NCBI GenBank assembly: GCA_963719315.1
Contig: CAVRBU010000003.1
Coordinates: forward strand, 256,001-320,000
Length of the DNA stretch: 64,000 bases
From: an uncultured Planctomycetota bacterium
GTDB lineage: Bacteria > Planctomycetota > Planctomycetia > Pirellulales > Lacipirellulaceae
Direction: 5' to 3'
The translations under genes and the position numbers were made by a program. Of the stretch, positions 10,431 through 21,192 are shown one piece after another (position 1 is the first letter of the stretch; each line of letters starts with the position of its first letter). The notes below the pieces were generated by a model. It was given only the letters and a program-made list of their open reading frames with translations. It was not told where the DNA came from and searched no databases.

Positions 10431-11201
10431 TTAGCTGCGGCGACGGACCAAGCCGAGGCCACCGAGCATTGCCAAGCCGAGCAGCGTAACGGTCGCTGGC
10501 TCGGGAATAGTTGACTCGGTTCCAAATCCGAGGGCCGCGCCATTTCCAGTTTGGGTTGGGCCAAACTCATTGTTGGTCGTGGTGAAGCTGTACTGCTGGT
10601 TCTTGATTGCCAAATCAGCCGTTCCAAGGCCATTCCACTCAACAAAGAAAGAACCGATATAAGATGGGTTTCCCGTACCCGATCCTGGCACGCCGGCAGC
10701 CGAGGGAGCTTGCGGAGTACCGAGCTTGTTGCGGGTGTCGGTCGCCGTGTCTTGAATTGTCGCCGACGCAATGGATGCCAGAATACCCTGGAGGTCGCCC
10801 GGGGCACCGGCATCCGTGTTTGTGCCGTACACCGGAACAACGCCGCCGGGGGCGGCGCCATTACTGTCAAACGTCGCCGCATTCGGATCGTAGTTCAAGT
10901 CCGGTCGCAACGTCAGGAGGGAACCACCGGCGTTGTTCATCGCCATTGTATCAAACAATGTATTCGCCCAACCTTTTTCGCCTGCATCCGCTTGCGCGGT
11001 AAAAGTGACCTGAATTTGAAAAACGCCGGATTGAGCGTTCGCGACACGACCACCCACTGATAGGACCGGTCCAAGATCAGCAAACGTGATTGGGTCGAAC
11101 CGGTTAGAGGCGGTCATCATCGTTGTCATTGAACCTGCTTGGGCCAACGTGGCCACAAGTCCTACCATCACAAAGCTGCTAGCCAAGATTTTGAATTTCA
11201 T
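10431..11201 (-). CDS. PEP-CTERM sorting domain protein
   Basis: Signal peptide MKFKILASS...AQA and C-terminal IPEPATVTLLGLAMLGGLGLVRRRS. Confidence 0.9.
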   Translation of the reverse strand: MKFKILASSFVMVGLVATLAQAGSMTTMMTASNRFDPITFADLGPVLSVGGRVANAQSGVFQIQVTFTAQADAGEKGWANTLFDTMAMNNAGGSLLTLRPDLNYDPNAATFDSNGAAPGGVVPVYGTNTDAGAPGDLQGILASIASATIQDTATDTRNKLGTPQAPSAAGVPGSGTGNPSYIGSFFVEWNGLGTADLAIKNQQYSFTTTNNEFGPTQTGNGAALGFGTESTIPEPATVTLLGLAMLGGLGLVRRRS

Positions 11202-11475
11202 GTTAATTGCCTTCTATCGTAAAAAGGTGAAGCTAATAGGAACCATTCATACAGCACTCAAATTGTCTACCCCGCATTCATCGACATTTCGATAACCACC
11301 CCAGCGGGTCGGCAGGCGGTCGAGATGGTGCTGCATTAGCAAACAGACTCCAAAGATTGCGGCAACCACGTGGTTTATATTGCTTCTTCTATTTCCGACG
11401 ACTGACTGAATCCGCTCGTGGTCTTCTCGGACATCAATCGTTATGAGCGTGAGGGGCGGAAAAACTATCTTTTGA

Positions 11476-12375
11476 TTACTTGCGGCGACGGCGTGCAAAG
11501 AAGCATGCCGCACCGAGGGCAAACAAGGCTGCCGACGCTGGCTCCGGAACAACGGACGAGCCAAGACCTGAACCAGCACCACCCGACGGAGCCCCAATGT
11601 TACCAAGTACGGTATTAAAGTCGGTCAAGTCGGTTGTGCCTGTGCCGTTACCGTGGAAATTCCCGTCCGTCCAAGTTACGCCGATACCGATTTTCGAGAG
11701 CACTTTGTTAAAGTCAGTCAGATCAACGCCGCCCGTCAAGTTGGTATCGCCAGGGGTCGCTGTCCGAGAGAAAGAGCCGGTGAAACTATCGTAATTGGCC
11801 GATGTGGTGGCACCGGTCACTTCGGCGACACGCCCTGCACCCGCATAGGCACCCAACATCTGCAGGGTGGTTGTGCGGAGGGCAGTACTGGATGTTGGAC
11901 TCGTGGCGGTCGGACCCTTGGTGATGACGCGAATGTAATCGTGTGGGCCGACGGTGTTAAAGTCGATACTACCCAGGGCCGAGAAGACCGAATTTGGATT
12001 GTTGCCAGGGACATTTACCGTGCAACCAGACGCACAGTTCGTTTGAACGCCTTCTGGATTATTATTCGTTCCGGTTCCGGGAAGCTCCCAACCAAAAATC
12101 GAAGTGCCTGGGTTGATTGTATCGAAATTATTGCCGGCACCGGTGCTCAGGTTCGTTGCGCTTTTCAGCGTCGAAACATTTTCTTTGAAGCCCAACTCGG
12201 CCGCCAGGGGCGAACTGCCGGTGGGAACCGGATTCGTGTTCGATACTTGAACATTCCAAATCCAATTGCCGGATCCGTCCAAGCCGCCGTTGGTCACGGA
12301 GACCGATGGCGTAGCAAACGCCGGCGAGGCCAGGACACACACTAAACCCGCGGATACTAAATTCTTCCAGGACAT
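11476..12375 (-). CDS. PEP-CTERM protein with dockerin-like repeat
   Basis: Signal peptide, GDTNLTGGVDLTDF...TDLTDFNTV, and VPEPASAALFALGAACFFARRRRK. Confidence 0.9.
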   Translation of the reverse strand: MSWKNLVSAGLVCVLASPAFATPSVSVTNGGLDGSGNWIWNVQVSNTNPVPTGSSPLAAELGFKENVSTLKSATNLSTGAGNNFDTINPGTSIFGWELPGTGTNNNPEGVQTNCASGCTVNVPGNNPNSVFSALGSIDFNTVGPHDYIRVITKGPTATSPTSSTALRTTTLQMLGAYAGAGRVAEVTGATTSANYDSFTGSFSRTATPGDTNLTGGVDLTDFNKVLSKIGIGVTWTDGNFHGNGTGTTDLTDFNTVLGNIGAPSGGAGSGLGSSVVPEPASAALFALGAACFFARRRRK

Positions 12376-12911
12376 TAGATTTTCTCCACCCTCTTAGATA
12401 AAGAATCAGATCAAAGTTGCTGAGCTCAGCTTCGTTGTGAAAGGTGTCGGGTGTCAGGCGGCGGTTGTCAGAGGGACTGAGTTGCGACGACTGAACACTG
12501 ACTCATCTCACGTGCGATTGAAACTCCCCGCGCAATGGCGCGACATAAAAGGACACACGGACGATTGCTTACCGAAACCTCATACAAGCGATAGCGGGCG
12601 AACGGTTTGCCTTCTCCACCTGCTCTGTTTTTTCTGCCCCGCATGCCCCGACGAGAGTTTCGAAAACCTTAGTGCCGGATTCGACGATCAAGCTACGGGC
12701 TCGCTCACCGAACCGAGTAGTGAAAAGGAAATCTTCACTACCTTGAGGCATTATGCTCGCGGTTTTCTGGGCTGTCAAGCAGTTTCTCACTCTATTAATC
12801 GTTTTTTCTTGGGAAATTCTTAGGTGGTCAAAAAGGCCGAAAAACACGGTAAAAAATGCGGTATCGGTCCAGGTTCCCCAGGCCCAAAGTGGCTCCGCTT
12901 CGCGCAAAAAA

Positions 12912-13964
12912 CTATCTCCAGGTCGCTGTGCGGGTGGACGAACGGGGCAGCCGCCGGCTCTGGAATCGCGCCGGCACGATGGCGGGAAGCAGGCGACGCC
13001 GCGGATTGCGGGCGATCATCAACATTCCTAGCACGCCCACCGCGAGCAGAGCGCCGCTCATCGGCTCGGGAACGACGCCGGTGGACAGGCTTCCACCACT
13101 GCCTGCGCCGGCGGGCAAGCCGAAGTGAGCGCGCCACAAATTGTAGTCGGCCGCGTTCACCATTCCGTCGCCGTTGCCATCGGCGCCGGTGCCCATCGGC
13201 ACTGACGTTCCATTCTGTTTGCGCCAGATCACATAGTCGGCGGCATCGACGATGCCGTTGCGGTTGTAGTCGGCGGACTCCGTCGAAAAGTTCGTGCGGA
13301 CGATGGTGGTGATCGTCGTGGCCAGCGCGATGTCGCCGAAGGTCGTCGCCGAGCCGAGTGAAGTAAAGACGTTCGCGTTGTTGCCGGCGGCGAAGGCGGG
13401 CGTGACGTTCGTCAAGAACGCGCCGCTGAGCAAGCGGGCCGCGGTGTTCCAGGTTGCATCGCCAAACGGATCGGGCGTGTTGGCCCAGGGAGAATCGATT
13501 GGATTCGTGAGCGACGTGAGCGAAGGGCCTTCGGACGTCGTGCCCATCGGTTGCGTGGGATAATTCGGCGAGCCGTTGGCGAATTGACCGACGCCGTAGA
13601 ACGCGCCCTGCTGTTCGCCGGGACCGAGGGGGTCGATCGCAGCCTGGCCGATGGTGAAATTTGGAAATGTGGAGTTGACGAAGATGTTGAAGCCGGCCGG
13701 ATCGTTGCCATTGACGGTCGCCCGCGGCGCGCGGAGCGCGGCCGAGGCGATGTTCTGCAAATGAAGATTGGCGCCGGCGAGACCGAAGTTGCTGCTCTTG
13801 GCGACCAGCTCCCAGGTGCCGCCCGAATTCACGTTCGAGGGCGTGGCGTAAAAGACGTTGAGACTGAAATTGACGGTTTGAGCCGGGGCCGCGGCAGGAC
13901 CGAGGGCGACTAATGCACAGGCGCATAGACTGGCAGCGAGCACGATTGTTCGAGCACCGAACAT
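12912..13964 (-). CDS. PEP-CTERM protein with dockerin-like repeat
   Basis: ADYNRNGIVDAADYVIWRK...ADGNGDGMVNAADYNLWR and VPEPMSGALLAVGVLG. Confidence 0.85.
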   Translation of the reverse strand: MFGARTIVLAASLCACALVALGPAAAPAQTVNFSLNVFYATPSNVNSGGTWELVAKSSNFGLAGANLHLQNIASAALRAPRATVNGNDPAGFNIFVNSTFPNFTIGQAAIDPLGPGEQQGAFYGVGQFANGSPNYPTQPMGTTSEGPSLTSLTNPIDSPWANTPDPFGDATWNTAARLLSGAFLTNVTPAFAAGNNANVFTSLGSATTFGDIALATTITTIVRTNFSTESADYNRNGIVDAADYVIWRKQNGTSVPMGTGADGNGDGMVNAADYNLWRAHFGLPAGAGSGGSLSTGVVPEPMSGALLAVGVLGMLMIARNPRRRLLPAIVPARFQSRRLPRSSTRTATWR

Positions 13965-14928
13965 GCCTGAATTCTCCGACGCCGTGAGGCGAATTGAGGG
14001 CGTCCGCAACCCTCGCGGGGCAAAGCCGAAAGGCGTGCCTTCGACGACCCAGTGTCGAAGCCGTGGCGCGTGGGCCGGGAGCGGCGATTACCGGAGTCGA
14101 GGGCGATTCGGCTTTTTGAATCTGTTCCTGGGCGGCGGGGCCGGCGACGGCCCGCAGCCAACGTGCGGCAATTGGCAATCTCGCCACAGTACCTCCAGTG
14201 TACCAAGGATGGGAAGCGCGGCAAGAAAAATCGCGATTTTGGCAGGAAAGCTGGAAAGTTGAGGGGTGAGGGGCGAGGGTTTAGGGGCGATGTAGGGGTG
14301 GGCGGTGGGCGGGCTAGTGGTGGTGTGATGGTTGGAGGTGGATTCGGTCTGGGGACCGACGCCAATTCGACGCTAATATTTGGGTGCGCGAGGGCGTGCG
14401 GTGTTGGGATCGCGGCGAGATGGGCTTAATGTTTCGCTGATTGCTACGACGCGAACTTCGTGGCGAAAAAAATGTTTGGCGGCGCGCGGAATTCCGAAAA
14501 TTGGTTTGCATCGCCACCTGCGAATTTGATAAGTAGGAGTTGTTGTGATTCTTGTCTCAGCTAACTTCTGTTACCAATCAGAAAGGAGGAATACTAAACG
14601 TCGTATCGGATTAGTTCGCGTCCTCTATTTGATTTTGGGAGGGCGCGGGCGACTGCCGATGAAAACGTGGCCGCTTGTGAATCGAATTTGCGAACCATGC
14701 GTCAGCGTCTTCGACCCGCCGAACTATGTGCTGGCCTCGCTGCGGAGGCGAATGCGAGTTTCAGAGAAACTCGAGTACGATAGGTGGTGTAAGAGTCGAT
14801 CGCTGTCGCCCCAACGGGCATCGCGCAAGTCGTTCAGGAGGACCATGGGCACCATCGGCATGCGACCGCGCACGTTATTCCGAATGACCCCGAGGTGAAA
14901 ACACTTATGGATGAAATCGAGCAGACTT

Positions 14929-14963
14929 AGCCCGTCCTACCGTGTGGTGGGGCGGGCTTTTTT
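14929..14963 (+). terminator. Rho-independent terminator
   Basis: AGCCCGTCCTACC-GTGT-GGTGGGGCGGGCT followed by a T run. Confidence 0.75.
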
Positions 14964-15031
14964 CGTTGGGGGCTATTGAAGTTCGCTTGTCAATCGAAGG
15001 GTGGCACCGACTAAAAAAAGAGGGTAACGGC

Positions 15032-15258
15032 GTAGGGTGGCACTGGCTCTGCCAGTGCTTCCTTTGCCACACCCCTGCTGCCCATTGCCAGACTTTAACT
15101 AATTGAACCTAAAGGCTCGGGCGTAGAGTGTAGCAAGCTAGTGCAAACTCGTTCGGCCGCAACAGCAACTCTGGTGCGTTCGTCTCAGCGACGTCTTTCA
15201 TACAGGCTAGTCGGACGAGTGATAAACCCGTCAACCACTGGCAAAGCCAGTGGCACCC
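15032..15258. repeat. GTAG-type REP pair in inverted orientation (15032-15057, 15236-15258); a further copy lies inside dinG at 31248-31269
   Basis: GTAGGGTGGCACTGGCTCTGCCAGTG and CACTGGCAAAGCCAGTGGCACCC. Confidence 0.8.
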
Positions 15259-15300
15259 AAACGATTGACGATCAGGCTAAAGGCCGGATGATGGAAGCGT

Positions 15301-18075
15301 ATGGCCGAATTGAAGACGATTTTGTTTACGGATATCGTCCGCTCCGTGGACCTCAAGGGCGAGATGCCGGGGCACAGCGATACGGAGCGCGACCTGGCGT
15401 TTATCGAGCAGATTTTGATGCCGCATCGGCAGCGGATCGAGGCGCGGCTGGCGGCCCTCGGCGGGCGGGTGGTTTCGACGGCCGGCGACGGCCATTTGCT
15501 CGTGTTTTCCGATACGATTTCGGCCGCGCGGTGGGCCGTGGAAATCCAGCGTTCGCATCGCGATGAGCCGATTCATACGCCCAAGGGGCACTCGGTCGAG
15601 GTGCGGATCAGCATGCACCTGGGCATCCCGCAAATCGACCCACACGACGCGAATAACTTCATCGGCAAGCCGGTGGACTACGCGGCCCGGTTGAGCGACT
15701 ACGCCACGGGCGGGCAGATCCTGGCTTCGCGGAGCGTGGTCGCCGTGCTGGAAGACGCCGGCATGGACGGCGTCTCGTTTCACAGCCACGGGCGGCGGGA
15801 GTTGAAGGGGATCGGGCGGGTCGAAATTTATGAACTAGTGTACGGCAGCGAGGGACCGCACGCGATGCGGCCGCAGCCGCGAGAGAATCTTTCGCGACAG
15901 TGGACCGTGTTGCCGCCGATGACGGGGTTGACGGAATTTCGCGATCCGCCGTATCGCGAGCGTGGCCGGGATCGAGCGCATCAAGCGCCGAGCGCGTCGG
16001 CTGCGGCTCGACCGCAGCCGCCCACGGATGTCGTGCCGATGCGGTTGGGGAACTATGAGTTGGAGCGGCGGTTGGGCAGCGGCGGGATGGGCGACGTGTT
16101 TCGCGCGCGGCACTCGCAATTCGGGCGCGTGTGCGCGGTGAAGGTCATCAAGCAGCAGTTCATCGACGCGGGGCACGACGAGGTCATCCGCCGTTTCTAT
16201 CAAGAGATCAAGGCAGTGGGCGCGCTGGAGCATCCGAACATCGTGGTGGCGATCGATTCGTCGTCGCCCACGGATGCGGTGCATTATCTTGTTATGGAAT
16301 ACATCGAGGGCGTTGCGGCGGATGAATTGGTCGCGCGGCATGGGCCGCTGGCAGTGGCGGACGCCTGCGAAATCGCGCGGCAGGCGGCGCGGGGGTTAGC
16401 GTATATCCATCGCAACGGCATGGTGCATCGCGATATCAAGCCGTCGAATTTGATGCTGACGCTGGTGCGCGGCGAGGAAGCGGGGAGCGGCGCGTAAGCC
16501 GCCAGCGGCGGGGGAGCCGCAGGCGGTGGTGAAGATTCTGGATTTGGGGCTGGCGCTGTTGGTGGGTGACGACCAGCAGCGGCTCACCGTGTTTGATAAC
16601 CGGGCGATGGGGACGGCAATGTATATGTCGCCGGAGCAATGGAAGACTTCCAGCGTCGATATTCGGGCCGATATCTACAGCCTGGGCTGCACGCTGTATC
16701 ACCTGCTGGCCGGGAAGCCGCCGTTTTGGGAATCGGATTTGAAGCCGGAAAAGGCCCACGAGCGCGAACAACTTCCGCCGATCGCGACCGCCGAGTCGAT
16801 TCCGAAACCGCTCTGGGAAACGCTGCGGCGGATGACGGCCAAGAACCCGGCCGATCGCTTTGCCTATCCGGCCGAGGTGATGGCGGCGCTCGCGCCCTAC
16901 GCGGAAGGCAACCATTTGGCGGAGTTGGTGAGCGGCGCGGTGGCGCCGCGCCGCGGTCGCGGACGCACCCGATGACCAGAACGGAAACGCTCGTGGCCAA
17001 AAGCGCCGAATCGGATACGCGGACCCGAACGAATCCCAGTTGGGGCGTGCCGCGGACGTTGTCGCCCGGCTCGCGGCAACGACTGCGCAATGCCGCCATG
17101 GCGTGCTTCACGCTGGTCGCCGTGGCGGCGATCGGTTGGCTAGTGTGGCAGGCGACCGCACGACGGGAATCGGCGGAGGAAGCGCTGCAAGCTCGGCAGC
17201 ATACGCTGCAAGTGGCGGCCAAGTTCGCGGCCAGCGAAATCCGCAAGGAAATCGACCTGCGGTTCGACACGCTCAGCCGCATCGCCGCGGAGGATGAGCT
17301 GCGGCAGCAGATGGTCGAGATCAAGAATCGGCCGAGCGATACGGCGCTGTGGAAGCGGTTGGATGAATGGCTTGGCACTCGCAAGGCGGACAACAACGCC
17401 AAGGTAGCCTCGGATAGTTGGTTCATCGACGATGCGCGGGGCGTGCAGGTCGCGCGCAGTCCACGCAGCGAAGCAAGTCGCGGCGAGAATTATGCGCACC
17501 GCGATTACTTTCATGGCCAGGGCGCCGATCTGCCGGCCGATACTAAGGACTTGAAGCCGATCGTGTCGCCGCACCTTTCGGCCGTGTACCGCAGCACGTC
17601 GACGGGCCATTTGAAGGTGGCATTTTCGGTGCCGATCGAGAACGGGAAGAAGGGGAAATTGCGGGAGGTCGTCGGCGTGCTGGCGATGAGCGTCGATTTG
17701 GGGGAGTTCAATGTGTTGGAAAAGGAACTGCCGCCAGGGCACGAGGTGGTGCTCATCGACCTGCGCGAAGCGACGATCGACGGCCAAACGCGGCGGGGCT
17801 TGATCCTGCATCACCAGACGGAAATATCGTATCGCAAGGGACACCCGCCGCCCTGGATCGACAGCGAGCTCATGGCCCGGATCGATAAGCTCATCGGCAA
17901 CGCGGATTCCGAGGGCTTGGATCACGCCGCGATGTTGACCAATTATCGCGACGATGCACTTACGAACGGGAAATTGTATTGGGGAGCGCTTCAACCCGTG
18001 CTCGATCGGAGATCCGAGGAGTCGGCGCACGATATTCGCTGGTTGGTGCTGGTGCAGGAGCCGGTCAAACCGTAG
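15301..18075 (+). CDS. Class III nucleotide-cyclase-like domain + Ser/Thr kinase + TM + Cache-like sensor; frameshifts near 16495 and ~16950
   Basis: ILFTDIVRS / TAGDG / AARL cyclase motifs; kinase GSGGMG, AVK, HRDIKPSN, DLG, YMSPE, DIYSLG; TM CFTLVAVAAIGWLV; Cache-like YAHRDYF...VAFSVPI...VGVLAMSV. Confidence 0.8.
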
Positions 18076-18131
18076 CGGAATTCGCAAGAATTCCGCCTCC
18101 GCGAGATGAGTCTGAAGTCTTGCGACTTCAG

Positions 18132-19193
18132 CTACGGGTTTTGCGGCGCAGGCGCCGGCGCGCGGCAGAGGATCCACTGCACGACGCCGGCCAGTAGATG
18201 TTGCATAAGCGTGGCCAGCACGATCAGGAGAATCGCCAACGGTTGTTCGCTGAGGACGGCGCCGGCCAGGATCAGCGCCAGGCCGGTGTGCTTCATGCTC
18301 AGACCAAACATCAGGGCGGTGCGTGTTTCGGGCTGCAGCCGGAAAATGCGGGCGATCAACCAGCCCAATGCGATTCCGATCGCGGCGAGGCTTGTGGCCA
18401 AGATTGCCGTGGCGACGAGCAGCGACCGCGGCGCGTCGTAGGCCTTCGGCAGTGCCAGCACGGAATTGAGGTAATTCAACAGCAGCAGCGCCGCGGCGCT
18501 CGCCAGCGCGAGCCAGGAACGGGCTGGCTCGACGCGCTCGGCCGTAAGCAGAGACCGTGCTGCGAAGCCGGCGGCTGTGGGCAGAATCACCCAGACGATG
18601 AAAAACACGCCGGAAAATCGGCCGACGAGGGCTTCGATATCGTGCTGACTGTTGGCCAGCCGCATGCCCAGGAAATTCAGCAAATGGGGCGTGATCCACG
18701 GGCTGAGCAAAATGCTGAGGACGACCAGCGCCAGTCCAAGGCCAAGATTTCCGCCCGCACTTTGCGTCCAGCCGATCGACGAATTGGCGACGGGCATCGA
18801 GGCCACCAGCGCGATCGCGACGAGCAGGCCGGCCGGCGATTGACCGCCGAGGGCCGCCGGCATCAACCAACCGGCGACGAGCACCAATAGCGCCGGGCCT
18901 AACCAGACGGCCGCCAAAGCCACGAGCAAAACGAACGGGTGCCGCGATACGACGCGGACCTGTTTCAAATCTGTCAGAATCGCCGCGATGAAAAGCATCA
19001 CGGCAAGCAGCAGCAGAGACAACAGCGGCGAATTCGCAAAATCGGGCGACGACCACTGCCAGCCGCGAAGGGCGACGCCCGGAGCGGGGCAAAACGCCGC
19101 CAGCGCGTAGCAGGCGATGAGCAGCCACAGAAAGTGACGCCGCACGAAGCGGGCGGCGCAGGCACCGATGTCGGTTGGATCGTGATCGATCAC
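18132..19193 (-). CDS. Bile acid:sodium symporter (BASS) family transporter
   Basis: Many TM helices; MPVANSSIGW...AGGN and MKHTGLAL motifs. Confidence 0.8.
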   Translation of the reverse strand: MIDHDPTDIGACAARFVRRHFLWLLIACYALAAFCPAPGVALRGWQWSSPDFANSPLLSLLLLAVMLFIAAILTDLKQVRVVSRHPFVLLVALAAVWLGPALLVLVAGWLMPAALGGQSPAGLLVAIALVASMPVANSSIGWTQSAGGNLGLGLALVVLSILLSPWITPHLLNFLGMRLANSQHDIEALVGRFSGVFFIVWVILPTAAGFAARSLLTAERVEPARSWLALASAAALLLLNYLNSVLALPKAYDAPRSLLVATAILATSLAAIGIALGWLIARIFRLQPETRTALMFGLSMKHTGLALILAGAVLSEQPLAILLIVLATLMQHLLAGVVQWILCRAPAPAPQNP

Positions 19194-19221
19194 GGGTTGA
19201 TTGCGAATGATTGGATGTTTA

Positions 19222-19413
19222 GTAGGTCCCTTCTGCCGGAAGGGACCTGAGCGAATTCAAAACGTCGCAAAGCAGGTTCAGGTCCCGCTCGGCAAGCGGG
19301 AGCCACTTCATAAGCATAGGAAGGGGCGCGCCATTTTCGATTGCCGGAAAGGAGCTTAACGAATTCACATCGTTGGAAACAGGTTCAGGTCCCGCTCGGC
19401 AAGCGGGACCTAC
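19222..19413. repeat. Two further copies (one degenerate) of the GTAGGTCCC REP doublet
   Basis: Same motifs as 8802-9074. Confidence 0.85.
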
Positions 19414-20213
19414 TTTTTCAAATCGTCCAGAGCGCGGCGGAGTTCGCTGGCCGTCGTATCGAAATTAGCGATTGCAGCGGCCAGGTTTCGCTTGAGATTG
19501 CTTACCTCTTCGCGGAGTGTTTCCAAATCGGCGGCGGCATGAACACTGGGAGCGCTGCCGGCAGGTGCTGGTCGCGGGGGCGACGGTGAATGCGCCTGTG
19601 CCGGACGGATCGGGGCGGCGGTTTCCGCCTCGTCCGAGGCTGATTCGAAATGGGCGGCGCCGGCTTCGCGACGAACCTTTTCCAGTTCGCGGTCGAGGTA
19701 CAGCGCGTGGGTGACGATGCAGCCGCGGCCGGGCGGCGTCAGAAATTGGATCAGGCCCTTCGCGGCCAGGGAATCGAGCGTTGGCTGCAGCTCGCCCAGG
19801 TCTTTGATCGGCTCCATGCGCGCGGCCCGGCCGCGCAGCTCGCCGACGGTTTGGGCCCCGCGCAACAGCAACTCGGCCATCACGGCCAGCTCGACCTTTT
19901 CCACTCCCAACCATTCGTAGGCCAAATGGCGATACCGGTCCACGCGGCTCGTCCCCTGCACTTGCGTCAACGCACCGGATTTCCGCAGCGATTCGCAGGC
20001 GTCTTCGACCTGCGACTCTTCGAGCTGCATCAGCGGCGCGCGGTTATTCTTCTGGTTGCACCCGGTGCGAAGCGCATTGATCGAAAGCGGATACGCTTCG
20101 GGCGTGGTCTTGGCTTTTTCGACGAGTACGCCGAGCACGCGGCGCTCGATCGATTCGAGAGGCCGCCAACGTCGCGCAGCGGGGGCATCCGAAGATGAAA
20201 GGTCGGTTGTCAT
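19410..20213 (-). CDS. YceH/DUF480 family protein
   Basis: RVLGVLVEKAKTTPEAYPLSINALRTGCNQKNNR and LLLRGAQTVGELRGRAARM. Confidence 0.9.
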   Translation of the reverse strand: MTTDLSSSDAPAARRWRPLESIERRVLGVLVEKAKTTPEAYPLSINALRTGCNQKNNRAPLMQLEESQVEDACESLRKSGALTQVQGTSRVDRYRHLAYEWLGVEKVELAVMAELLLRGAQTVGELRGRAARMEPIKDLGELQPTLDSLAAKGLIQFLTPPGRGCIVTHALYLDRELEKVRREAGAAHFESASDEAETAAPIRPAQAHSPSPPRPAPAGSAPSVHAAADLETLREEVSNLKRNLAAAIANFDTTASELRRALDDLKK

Positions 20214-20277
20214 TCGACCAGTGTAGGCTGCTCGCTCGGCGAGCAGAAGATCCGCTCGCGGAGCGAGCGGGCTACGC

Positions 20278-21033
20278 TCAATGCGGCGGGCCAGTGGGAG
20301 CGGGCTTGTTCGCATCCTCCAGCGATAGGACGAGCCACCGCGCCCGCTCTTCCCCAGGGAGTTTCGCGCGCTCCACCAGGAGCGACAGCTCGACCGGGTG
20401 GGCGTCGCCGCCCGTGGCCGATTTCGGCGCGATCTCGTACTGCTGACGCACGTAAACTTGGTAAAACGACTTGGAATCGTAAGACACGTTGCCCTTCGGG
20501 CGAATCTCGGCATCGGCGCCGGCGGCGACCAGCGCTTTCGCGACCGGCAGCTCCTTAAATGCTTCGTAGGGCGTGATTTTCGGCGGCGGCTCACCGGACT
20601 CGGGCGACCGTGGAGGTCGCGTGGAATCCAACGTCAGGCGGAAGCCGCGATCGGTCTTGCCGTTGAGCATCAAGTCGATCCATTCGCGGGCAAATTGGTC
20701 GGCCTGACGGGTACGCATGGCGCGAAGAACAAGAACTCTTGTGACCGGCGCCAAGACAAACACGACGCACAAGATCAAGCCGGTCACGGCGGCCCAGCGG
20801 CCTGCCAGGGCGCCGTCGCTGGCCGCAATTTGGCGGAGCGCGAGGATCGCGACGGCGATGCCCACGAGTGGGATGACCATCAGCAAGACGGCTCCGAAGC
20901 ACAGCGGAGAGGCCAAGCCGAGGATCAAGCCGATGATCGCCAGCACGCTGAACGTGCGGTATTCAACGACTTGCTCCGGATCGTCGTCGTGAAACGCCGG
21001 CGCGGAAACGTGGGATGAAGTGCCTGTGGCCAT
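20278..21033 (-). CDS. DUF4190-like membrane protein
   Basis: SVLAIIGLILG...ALRQI...GRWAAVTGLIL pattern. Confidence 0.65.
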   Translation of the reverse strand: MATGTSSHVSAPAFHDDDPEQVVEYRTFSVLAIIGLILGLASPLCFGAVLLMVIPLVGIAVAILALRQIAASDGALAGRWAAVTGLILCVVFVLAPVTRVLVLRAMRTRQADQFAREWIDLMLNGKTDRGFRLTLDSTRPPRSPESGEPPPKITPYEAFKELPVAKALVAAGADAEIRPKGNVSYDSKSFYQVYVRQQYEIAPKSATGGDAHPVELSLLVERAKLPGEERARWLVLSLEDANKPAPTGPPH

Positions 21034-21192
21034 ATCGTATCTATTGTAAGGCGAGCGGCACCGAGTTTGGGAGGCCTGACTGAGATTGGCCGGGCAGTAA
21101 AGGAAATTGTGGGAGGCTTCTCCGAGGCCGATAACGCGCTACGATTTGCCAACCCCATCGGCGTCGAAGACGCCTCCCACATGGATCACCCG

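Noticed and set aside
14010..14045. GGCAAAGCCGAAAGGC as a c-di-GMP riboswitch
   Set aside because: Only a short GNRA hairpin, with no second stem, and on the opposite strand to the adjacent gene.
17140..19128. 662-aa minus-strand ORF and similar long Arg/Pro/Ala-rich ORFs
   Set aside because: Alternative-frame ORFs expected at high GC, overlapping well-supported genes.
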